DNA from: the human T2T-CHM13v2.0 reference genome, Homo sapiens
Direction: 5' to 3' (one strand)
DNA length: 64,000 nucleotides
NCBI RefSeq assembly: GCF_009914755.1
Contig: NC_060925.1
The position numbers and the translations under genes are program-made. Positions 1-11,294 of this stretch are shown in pieces. The first letter of the stretch is position 1. Each line of letters starts with the position of its first letter. Below the pieces are notes generated by a model that was not told where the DNA came from, did no database searches, and saw only the letters and a program-made list of their open reading frames with translations.

Positions 1-31
1 TCTGTAAGTGGATATTCTGACATCTTGTGGC

Positions 32-48
32 CTTCGTTGGAAACGGGA
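32..48 (+). promoter_or_regulatory. CENP-B box (first example; recurs every ~340 bp throughout)
   Basis: CTTCGTTGGAAACGGGA matches the canonical 17-bp box with core TTCG....A..CGGG. In G dimers it ends CGGGT. Confidence 0.97.
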
Positions 49-105
49 TTTCTTCATATTCTGCTAGACAGAAGAATTCTCAGTAACTTCCTTGTGTTGT
101 GTGTA

Positions 106-124
106 TTCAACTCACAGAGTTGAA
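106..124. other. Dyad symmetry TTCAACTC-ACA-GAGTTGAA (recurs in A-type monomers; imperfect version in B-type monomers)
   Basis: Perfect 8-bp inverted repeat with a 3-nt spacer, read directly from the sequence. Confidence 0.85.
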
Positions 125-200
125 CGATCCTTTACACAGAGCAGACTTGAAACACTCTTTTTGTGGAATTTGCAAGTGGAGATTTCAGCCGCTTTGAGGT

Positions 201-217
201 CAATGGTAGAAAAGGAA
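201..217 (+). promoter_or_regulatory. A-box / pJ-alpha-type site of the A-type monomer (first example; recurs every ~340 bp)
   Basis: CAATGGTAGAAAAGGAA occupies the position equivalent to the CENP-B box in the alternate monomer. Confidence 0.75.
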
Positions 218-2793
218 ACTATCTTCATATAAAGACTAGACAGAATGATTCTCAGAAAATCTTTTGTGATGTGTGCGTTCAACTCACAGAGTTTAACTTT
301 TCTTCTCATAGAGCAGTTAGGAAACACTCTGTTTGTAAAGTCTGCAAGTGGATATTCAGACCTGTTTGAGGCCTTCGTTGGAAACGGGATTTCTTCATAT
401 TATGCTAGACAGAATAATTCTCAGTAACTTCCTTGTGTTGTGTGTATTCAACTCACAGAGTTGAAGGATCCTTTACAGAGAGCAGGCTTGAAACACTCTT
501 TTTGTCGAATTTGCAAGTGGAGATTTCAGCCGCTTTGAGGTCAATGGTAGAATAGGAAATATCTTCTTATAGAAACTAGACAGAATGATTCTCATAAACT
601 CCTTTGTGATGTGTGCGTTCAACTCACAGAGTTTAACCTTTCTTTTCATAGAGCAGTTAGGAAAAACTCTGTTTGAAAAGTCTGCAAGTGGATATTCAGA
701 CCTCCTTGAGGCCTTCGTTGGAAACGGGATTTCTTCATATTCTGCTAGACAGAAGAATTCTCAGTAACTTCCTTGTGTTGTGTTTATTCAACTCACAGAG
801 TTGAATGATCCTTTACACAGAGCAGACTTGAAACACTCTTTTTCTGGAATTTGCAAGTGGAGATTTCAGCCGCTTTGAGGTCAATGGTAGAAAAGTAAAT
901 ATCTTCGTATAAAGACTAGACAGAATGATTCTCAGAAACTCCTTTGTGATGTGTGCGTTCAACTCACAGAGTTTAACCTTTCTGTTCATAGAGCAGTTAG
1001 GAAACACTCTGTTTGTAAAGTCTGCAAGTGGATATTCAGACCTCCTTGAGGCCTTCGTTGGAAACGGGATTTCTTCATATTCTGCTAGACAGAAGAATTC
1101 TCAGTAACTTCCTTGTGTTGTGTGTATTCAACTCACAGAGTTGAACGATCCTTTACACAGAGCAGACTTGAAACACTCTTCTTGTGGAATTTGCAAGAGG
1201 AGATTTCAGCCGCTTTGAGGTCAATGGTAGAAAAGGAAATATCTTCGTATAAAGACTAGACAGAATGATTCTCAGAAACTCCTTTGTGATGTGTGCGTTC
1301 AACTCACAGAGTTTAACTTTTCTTTTCATAGAGCAGTTAGGAAACACTCTGTTTGTAAAGTCTGCAAGTGGATATTCAGACCTCTTTGAGGCCTTCGTTG
1401 GAAACGGGATTTCTTCATATTATGCTAGACAGAAGAATTCTCAGTAACTTCCTTGTGTTGTGTGTATTCAACTCACAGAGTTGAACGATCCTTTACACAG
1501 AGCAGACTTGAAACATTCTTTTTGTGGAATTTGCAAGTGGAGATTTCAGCCGCTTTGAGGTCAATGGTAGAATAGGAAATATCTTCCTATAGAAACTAGA
1601 CAGAACGATTCTCAGAAACTCCTTTGTGATGTGTGCGTTCAACTCACAGAGTTTAACCTTTCTTTTCATAGAGCAGTTAGGAAACACTCTGTTTGTAAAG
1701 TCTGCAAGTGGATATTCAGACCTCTTTGAGGCCTTCGTTGGAAACGGGATTTCTTCCTATTCTGCTAGACAGAAGAATTCTCAGTAACTTCCTTGTGTTG
1801 TGTGTATTCAACTCACAGAGTTGAACGATCCTTTACACAGAGCAGACTTGAAACACTCTTTTTGTGGAATTTGCAAGTGGAGATTTCAGCCGCTTTGAGG
1901 TCAATAGTAGAAAAGGAAATATCTTCGTAGAAAAACTAGACAGAATGATTCTCAGAAACTCCTTTGTGATGTGTGTGTTCAACTCACAGAATTTAACCTT
2001 TCTTTTCATAGAGCAGTTAGTAAACACTCTGTTTATAAAGTCTGCCAGTGGATATTCAGACCCCTTTGAGGCCTTCGTTGGAAACGGGATTTCTTCATAT
2101 TATGCTAGACAGAAGAATTCTCAGTAACTTCCTTGTGTTGTGTGTATTCAACTGACAGAGTTGAACTTTCATTTAGAGAGAGCAGATTTGAAACACTGTT
2201 TTTGTGGAATTTGCAAGTGGAGATTTCAAGCGCTTTGGGGCCAAAGGCAGAAAAGGAAATATCTTCGTATAAAAACTAGACAGAATCATTCTCAGAAACT
2301 GCTGCGTGATGTGTGCGTTCAACTCTCAGAGTTTAACTTTTCTTTTCATTCAGCGGTTTGGAAACACTCTGTTTGTAAAGTCTGCACGTGGATATTTTGA
2401 CCACTTAGAGGCCTTCGTTGGAAACGGGTTTTTTTCATGTAAGGCTAGACAGAAGAATTCCCAGTAACTTCCTTGTGTTGTGTGCATTCAACTCACAGAG
2501 TTGAACGTTCCCTTAGACAGAGCAGATTTGAAACACTCTATTTGTGCAATTTGCAAGTGTAGATTTCAAGCGCTTTAAGGTCAACGGCAGAAAAGGAAAT
2601 ATCTTCGTTTCAAAACTAGACAGAATCATTCCCACAAACTGCGTTGTGATGTGTTCGTTCAACTCACAGAGTTTAACCTTTCTGTTCATAGAGCAGTTAG
2701 GAAACACTCTGTTTGTAAAGTCTGTAAGTGGATATTCTGACATCTTGTGGCCTTCGTTGGAAACGGGATTTCTTCATATTCTGCTAGACAGAA

Positions 2794-3814
2794 GAATTCT
2801 CAGTAACTTCCTTGTGTTGTGTGTATTCAACTCACAGAGTTGAACGATCCTTTACACAGAGCAGACTTGAAACACTCTTTTTGTGGAATTTGCAAGTGGA
2901 GATTTCAGCCGCTTTGAGGTCAATGGTAGAAAAGGAAACTATCTTCATATAAAGACTAGACAGAATGATTCTCAGAAAATCTTTTGTGATGTGTGCGTTC
3001 AACTCACAGAGTTTAACTTTTCTTCTCATAGAGCAGTTAGGAAACACTCTGTTTGTAAAGTCTGCAAGTGGATATTCAGACCTCTTTGAGACCTTCGTTG
3101 GAAACGGGATTTCTTCATATTATGCTAGACAGAATAATTCTCAGTAACTTCATTGTGTTGTGTGTATTCAACTCACAGAGTTGAAGGATCCTTTACAGAG
3201 AGCAGGCTTGAAACACTCTTTTTGTCGAATTTGCAAGTGGAGATTTCAGCCGCTTTGAGGTCAATGGTAGAATAGGAAATATCTTCTTATAGAAACTAGA
3301 CAGAATGATTCTCATGAACTCCTTTGTGATGTGTGCGTTCAACTCACAGAGTTTAACCTTTCTTTTCATAGAGCAGTTAGGAAACACTCTGTTTGTAAAG
3401 TCTGCAAGTGGATATTCAGACCTCCTTGAGGCCTTCGTTGGAAACGGGATTTCTTCATATTCTGCTAGACAGAAGAATTCTCAGTAACTTCCTTGTGTTG
3501 TGTTTATTCAACTCACAGAGTTGAATGATCCTTTACACAGAGCAGACTTGAAACACTCTTTTTGTGGAATTTGCAAGTGGAGATTTCAGCCGCTTTGAGG
3601 TCAATGGTAGAAAAGTAAATATCTTCGTATAAAGACTAGACAGAATGATTCTCAGAAACTCCTTTGTGATGTGTGCGTTCAACTCACAGAGTTTAACCTT
3701 TCTGTTCATAGAGCAGTTAGGAAACACTCTGTTTGTAAAGTCTGCAAGTGGATATTCAGACCTCCTTGAGGCCTTCGTTGGAAACGGGATTTCTTCATAT
3801 TCTGCTAGACAGAA
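2794..3814 (+). repeat. 6-mer variant ABC (1,021 bp)
   Basis: A at 2832 then A at 3853; marker gagacc/ttcattgtg. Confidence 0.88.
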
Positions 3815-5854
3815 GAATTCTCAGTAACTTCCTTGTGTTGTGTGTATTCAACTCACAGAGTTGAACGATCCTTTACACAGAGCAGACTTGAAACACTCTT
3901 TTTGTGGAATTTGCAAGTGGAGATTTCAGCCGCTTTGAGGTCAATGGTAGAAAAGGAAACTATCTTCATATAAAGACTAGACAGAATGATTCTCAGAAAA
4001 TCTTTTGTGATGTGTGCGTTCAACTCACAGAGTTTAACTTTTCTTCTCATAGAGCAGTTAGGAAACACTCTGTTTGTAAAGTCTGCAAGTGGATATTCAG
4101 ACCTCTTTGAGGCCTTCGTTGGAAACGGGATTTCTTCATATTATGCTAGACAGAATAATTCTCAGTAACTTCCTTGTGTTGTGTGTATTCAACTCACAGA
4201 GTTGAACGATCCTTTACAGAGAGCAGGCTTGAAACACTCTTTTTGTCGAATTTGCAAGTGGAGATTTCAGCCGCTTTGTGGTCAATGGTAGAATACGAAA
4301 CATCTTCTTATAGAAACTAGACAAAATGATTCTCATGAACTCCTTTGTGATGTGTGCGTTCAACTCACAGAGTTTAACCTTTCTTTTCATAGAGCAGTTA
4401 GGAAACACTCTGTTTGTAAAGTCTGCAAGTGGATATTCAGACCTCCTTGAGGCCTTCGTTGGAAACGGGATTTCTTCATATTCTGCTAGACAGAAGAATT
4501 CTCAGTAACTTCCTTGTGTTGTGTTTATTCAACTCACAGAGTTGAATGATCCTTTACACAGAGCAGACTTGAAACACTCTTTTTGTGGAATTTGCAAGTG
4601 GAGATTTCAGCCGCTTTGAGGTCAATGGTAGAAAGGTAAATATCTTCGTATAAAGACTAGACAGAATGATTCTCAGAAACTCCTTTGTGATGTGTGCGTT
4701 CAACTCACAGAGTTTAACCTTTCTGTTCATAGAGCAGTTAGGAAACACTCTGTTTGTAAAGTCTGCAAGTGGATATTCAGACCTCCTTGAGGCCTTCGTT
4801 GGAAACGGGATTTCTTCATATTCTGCTAGACAGAAGAATTCTCAGTAACTTCCTTGTGTTGTGTGTATTCAACTCACAGAGTTGAACGATCCTTTACACA
4901 GAGCAGACTTGAAACACTCTTTTTGTGGAATTTGCAAGTGGAGATTTCAGCCGCTTTGAGGTCAATAGTAGAAAAGGAAATATCTTCGTAGAAAAACTAG
5001 ACAGAATGATTCTCAGAAACTCCTTTGTGATGTGTGTGTTCAACTCACAGAGTTTAACCTTTCTTTTCATAGAGCAGTTAGTAAACACTCTGTTTATAAA
5101 GTCTGCAAGTGGATATTCAGACCCCTTTGAGGCCTTCGTTGGAAACGGGATTTCTTCATATTATGCTAGACAGAAGAATTCTCAGTAACTTCCTTGTGTT
5201 GTGTGTATTCAACTGACAGAGTTGAACTTTCATTTAGAGAGAGCAGATTTGAAACACTGTTTTTGTGGAATTTGCAAGTGGAGATTTCAAGCGCTTTGGG
5301 GCCAAAGGCAGAAAAGGAAATATCTTCGTATAAAAACTAGACAGAATCATTCTCAGAAACTGCTGCGTGATGTGTGCGTTCAACTCTCAGAGTTTAACTT
5401 TTCTTTTCATTCAGCGGTTTGGAAACACTCTGTTTGTAAAGTCTGCACGTGGATATTTTGACCACTTAGAGGCCTTCGTTGGAAACGGGTTTTTTTCATG
5501 TAAGGCTAGACAGAAGAATTCCCAGTAACTTCCTTGTGTTGTGTGCATTCAACTCACAGAGTTGAACGTTCCCTTAGACAGAGCAGATTTGAAACACTCT
5601 ATTTGTGCAATTTCCAAGTGTAGATTTCAAGCGCTTTAAGGTCAACGGCAGAAAAGGAAATATCTTCGTTTCAAAACTAGAGAGAATCATTCCCACAAAC
5701 TGCGTTGTGATGTGTTCGTTCAACTCACAGAGTTTAACCTTTCTGTTCATAGAGCAGTTAGGAAACACTCTGTTTGTAAAGTCTGTAAGTGGATATTCTG
5801 ACATCTTGTGGCCTTCGTTGGAAACGGGATTTCTTCATATTCTGGTAGACAGAA
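3815..5854 (+). repeat. 12-mer variant ABCFGH (2,040 bp)
   Basis: D and E are absent; A at 3853 then A at 5893. Confidence 0.88.
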
Positions 5855-8800
5855 GAATTCTCAGTAACTTCCTTGTGTTGTGTGTATTCAACTCACAGAG
5901 TTGAACGATCCTTTACACAGAGCAGACTTGAAACACTCTTTTTGTGGAATTTGCAAGTGGAGATTTCAGCCTCTTTGAGGTCAATGGTAGAAAAGGAAAC
6001 TATCTTCATATAAAGACTAGACAGAATGATTCTCAGAAAATCTTTTGTGATGTGTGCGTTCAACTCACAGAGTTTAACTTTTCTTCTCATAGAGCAGTTA
6101 GGAAACACTCTGTTTGTAAAGTCTGCAAGTGGATATTCAGACCTCTTTGAAGCCTTCGTTGGAAACGGGATTTCTTCATATTATGCTAGACAGAATAATT
6201 CTCAGTAACTTCCTTGTGTTGTGTGTATTCAACTCACAGAGTTGAACGATCCTTTACAGAGATCAGGATTGAAACACTCTTTTTGTCGAATTTGCAAGTG
6301 GAGATTTCAGCCGCTTTGAGGTCAATGGTAGAATAGGAAATATCTTCTTATAGAAACTAGACAGAATGATTCTCATAAACTCCTTTGTGATGTGTGCGTT
6401 CAACTCACAGAGTTTAACCTTTCTTTTCATAGAGCAGTTAGGAAACACTCTGTTTGTAAAGTCTGCAAGTGGATATTCAGACCTCCTTGAGGCCTTCGTT
6501 GGAAACGGGATTTCTTCATATTCTGCTAGACAGAAGAATTCTCAGTAACTTCCTTGTGTTGTGTTTATTCAACTCACAGAGTTGAATGATCCTTTACACA
6601 GAGCAGACTTGAAACACTCTTTTTGTGGAATTTGCAAGTGGAGATTTCAGCCGCTTTGAGGTCATTGGTAGAAAAGTAAATATCTTCGTATAAAGACTAG
6701 ACAGAATGATTCTCAGAAACTCCTTTGTGATGTGTGCGTTCAACTCACAGAGTTTAACCTTTCTGTTCATAGAGCAGTTAGGAAACACTCTGTTTGTAAA
6801 GTCTGCAAGTGGATATTCAGACCTCCTTGAGGCCTTCGTTGGAAACGGGATTTCTTCATATTCTGCTAGACAGAAGAATTCTCAGTAACTTCCTTGTGTT
6901 GTGTGTATTCAACTCACAGAGTTGAACGATCCTTTACACAGAGCAGACTTGAAACACTCTTCTTGTGGAATTTGCAAGTGGAGATTTCAGCCGCTTTGAG
7001 GTCAATGGTAGAAAAGGAAATATCTTCGTATAAAGACTAGACAGAATGATTCTCAGAAACTCCTTTGTGATGTGTGCGTTCAACTCACAGAGTTTAACTT
7101 TTCTTTTCATAGAGCAGTTAGGAAACACTCTGTTTGTAAAGTCTGCAAGTGGATATTCAGACCTCTTTGAGGCCTTCGTTGGAAACGGGATTTCTTCATA
7201 TTATGCTAGACAGAAGAATTCTCAGTAACTTCCTTGTGTTGTGTGTATTCAACTCACAGAGTTGAACGATCCTTTACACAGAGCAGACTTGAAACATTCT
7301 TTTTGTGGAATTTGCAAGTGGAGATTTCAGCCGCTTTGAGGTCAATGGTAGAATAGGAAATATCTTCCTATAGAAACTAGACAGAACGATTCTCAGAAAC
7401 TCCTTTGTGATGTGTGCGTTCAACTCACAGAGTTTAACCTTTCTTTTCATAGAGCAGTTAGGAAACACTCTGTTTGTAAAGTCTGCAAGTGGATATTCAG
7501 ACCTCTTTGAGGCCTTCGTTGGAAACGGGATTTCTTCCTATTCTGCTAGACAGAAGAATTCTCAGTAACTTCCTTGTGTTGTGTGTATTCAACTCACAGA
7601 GTTGAACGATCCTTTACACAGAGCAGACTTGAAACACTCTTTTTGTGGAATTTGCAAGTGGAGATTTCAGCCGCTTTGAGGTCAATAGTAGAAAAGGAAA
7701 TATCTTCGTAGAAAAACTAGACAGAATGATTCTCAGAAACTCCTTTGTGATGTGTGTGTTCAACTCACAGAGTTTAACCTTTCTTTTCATAGAGCAGTTA
7801 GTAAACACTCTGTTTATAAAGTCTGCCAGTGGATATTCAGACCCCTTTGAGGCCTTCGTTGGAAACGGGATTTCTTCATATTATGCTAGACAGAAGAATT
7901 CTCAGTAACTTCCTTGTGTTGTGTGTATTCAACTGACAGAGTTGAACTTTCATTTAGAGAGAGCAGATTTGAAACACTGTTTTTGTGGAATTTGCAAGTG
8001 GAGATTTCAAGCGCTTTGGGGCCAAAGGCAGAAAAGGAAATATCTTCGTATAAAAACTAGACAGAATCATTCTCAGAAACTGCTGCGTGATGTGTGCGTT
8101 CAACTCTCAGAGTTTAACATTTCTTTTCATTCAGCGGTTTGGAAACACTCTGTTTGTAAAGTCTGCACGTGGATATTTTGACCACTTAGAGGCCTTCGTT
8201 GGAAACGGGTTTTTTTCATGTAAGGCTAGACAGAAGAATTCCCAGTAACTTCCTTGTGTTGTGTGCATTCAACTCACAGAGTTGAACGTTCCCTTAGACA
8301 GAGCAGATTTGAAACACTCTATTTGTGCAATTTCCAAGTGTAGATTTCAAGCGCTTTAAGGTCAACGGCAGAAAAGGAAATATCTTCGTTTCAAAACTAG
8401 ACAGAATCATTCCCACAAACTGCGTTGTGATGTGTTCGTTCAACTCACAGAGTTTAACCTTTCTGTTCATAGAGCAGTTAGGAAACACTCTGTTTGTAAA
8501 GTCTGTAAGTGGATATTCTGACATCTTGTGGCCTTCGTTGGAAACGGGATTTCTTCATATTCTGCTAGACAGAAGAATTCTCAGTAACTTCCTTGTGTTG
8601 TGTGTATTCAACTCACAGAGTTGAACGATCCTTTACACAGAGCAGACTTGAAACACTCTTTTTGTGGAATTTGCAAGTGGAGATTTCAGCCGCTTTGAGG
8701 TCAATGGTAGAAAAGGAAACTATCTTCATATAAAGACTAGACAGAATGATTCTCAGAAAATCTTTTGTGATGTGTGCGTTCAACTCACAGAGTTTAACTT

Positions 8801-11294
8801 TTCTTCTCATAGAGCAGTTAGGAAACACTCTGTTTGTAAAGTCTGCAAGTGGATATTCAGACCTGTTTGAGGCCTTCGTTGGAAACGGGATTTCTTCATA
8901 TTATGCTAGACAGAATAATTCTCAGTAACTTCCTTGTGTTGTGTGTATTCAACTCACAGAGTTGAAGGATCCTTTACAGAGAGCAGGCTTGAAACACTCT
9001 TTTTGTCGAATTTGCAAGTGGAGATTTCAGCCGCTTTGAGGTCAATGGTAGAATAGGAAATATCTTCTTATAGAAACTAGACAGAATGATTCTCATAAAC
9101 TCCTTTGTGATGTGTGCGTTCAACTCACAGAGTTTAACCTTTCTTTTCATAGAGCAGTTAGGAAAAACTCTGTTTGAAAAGTCTGCAAGTGGATATTCAG
9201 ACCTCCTTGAGGCCTTCGTTGGAAACGGGATTTCTTCATATTCTGCTAGACAGAAGAATTCTCAGTAACTTCCTTGTGTTGTGTTTATTCAACTCACAGA
9301 GTTGAATGATCCTTTACACAGAGCAGACTTGAAACACTCTTTTTGTGGAATTTGCAAGTGGAGATTTCAGCCGCTTTGAGGTCAATGGTAGAAAAGTAAA
9401 TATCTTCGTATAAAGACTAGACAGAATGATTCTCAGAAACTCCTTTGTGATGTGTGCGTTCAACTCACAGAGTTTAACCTTTCTGTTCATAGAGCAGTTA
9501 GGAAACACTCTGTTTGTAAAGTCTGCAAGTGGATATTCAGACCTCCTTGAGGCCTTCGTTGGAAACGGGATTTCTTCATATTCTGCTAGACAGAAGAATT
9601 CTCAGTAACTTCCTTGTGTTGTGTGTATTCAACTCACAGAGTTGAACGATCCTTTACACAGAGCAGACTTGAAACACTCTTCTTGTGGAATTTGCAAGTG
9701 GAGATTTCAGCCGCTTTGAGGTCAATGGTAGAAAAGGAAATATCTTCGTATAAAGACTAGACAGAATGATTCTCAGAAACTCCTTTGTGATGTGTGCGTT
9801 CAACTCACAGAGTTTAACTTTTCTTTTCATAGAGCAGTTAGGAAACACTCTGTTTGTAAAGTCTGCAAGTGGATATTCAGACCTCTTTGAGGCCTTCGTT
9901 GGAAACGGGATTTCTTCATATTATGCTAGACAGAAGAATTCTCAGTAACTTCCTTGTGTTGTGTGTATTCAACTCACAGAGTTGAACGATCCTTTACACA
10001 GAGCAGACTTGAAACATTCTTTTTGTGGAATTTGCAAGTGGAGATTTCAGCCGCTTTGAGGTCAATGGTAGAATAGGAAATATCTTCCTATAGAAACTAG
10101 ACAGAACGATTCTCAGAAACTCCTTTGTGATGTGTGCGTTCAACTCACAGAGTTTAACCTTTCTTTTCATAGAGCAGTTAGGAAACACTCTGTTTGTAAA
10201 GTCTGCAAGTGGATATTCAGACCTCTTTGAGGCCTTCGTTGGAAACGGGATTTCTTCCTATTCTGCTAGACAGAAGAATTCTCAGTAACTTCCTTGTGTT
10301 GTGTGTATTCAACTCACAGAGTTGAACGATCCTTTACACAGAGCAGACTTGAAACACTCTTTTTGTGGAATTTGCAAGTGGAGATTTCAGCCGCTTTGAG
10401 GTCAATAGTAGAAAAGGAAATATCTTCGTAGAAAAACTAGACAGAATGATTCTCAGAAACTCCTTTGTGATGTGTGTGTTCAACTCACAGAATTTAACCT
10501 TTCTTTTCATAGAGCAGTTAGTAAACACTCTGTTTATAAAGTCTGCCAGTGGATATTCAGACCCCTTTGAGGCCTTCGTTGGAAACGGGATTTCTTCATA
10601 TTATGCTAGACAGAAGAATTCTCAGTAACTTCCTTGTGTTGTGTGTATTCAACTGACAGAGTTGAACTTTCATTTAGAGAGAGCAGATTTGAAACACTGT
10701 TTTTGTGGAATTTGCAAGTGGAGATTTCAAGCGCTTTGGGGCCAAAGGCAGAAAAGGAAATATCTTCGTATAAAAACTAGACAGAATCATTCTCAGAAAC
10801 TGCTGCGTGATGTGTGCGTTCAACTCTCAGAGTTTAACTTTTCTTTTCATTCAGCGGTTTGGAAACACTCTGTTTGTAAAGTCTGCACGTGGATATTTTG
10901 ACCACTTAGAGGCCTTCGTTGGAAACGGGTTTTTTTCATGTAAGGCTAGACAGAAGAATTCCCAGTAACTTCCTTGTGTTGTGTGCATTCAACTCACAGA
11001 GTTGAACGTTCCCTTAGACAGAGCAGATTTGAAACACTCTATTTGTGCAATTTGCAAGTGTAGATTTCAAGCGCTTTAAGGTCAACGGCAGAAAAGGAAA
11101 TATCTTCGTTTCAAAACTAGACAGAATCATTCCCACAAACTGCGTTGTGATGTGTTCGTTCAACTCACAGAGTTTAACCTTTCTGTTCATAGAGCAGTTA
11201 GGAAACACTCTGTTTGTAAAGTCTGTAAGTGGATATTCTGACATCTTGTGGCCTTCGTTGGAAACGGGATTTCTTCATATTCTGCTAGACAGAA
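5855..11294 (+). repeat. Two 16-mer units ABCDEFGH (5855-8574, 8575-11294)
   Basis: A at 5893, 8613 and 11333 (2,720-bp steps). Confidence 0.9.

Larger units (their letters stand above)
74..2793 (+). repeat. 16-mer HOR unit ABCDEFGH (2,720 bp)
   Basis: A-dimer ORF at 112 recurs at 2832, with eight distinct dimers between. Confidence 0.9.

Noticed and set aside
2385-2390. E-box CACGTG in each G dimer
   Set aside because: A 6-bp motif arising from one substitution in the satellite consensus (caagtg>cacgtg), with no supporting regulatory context.
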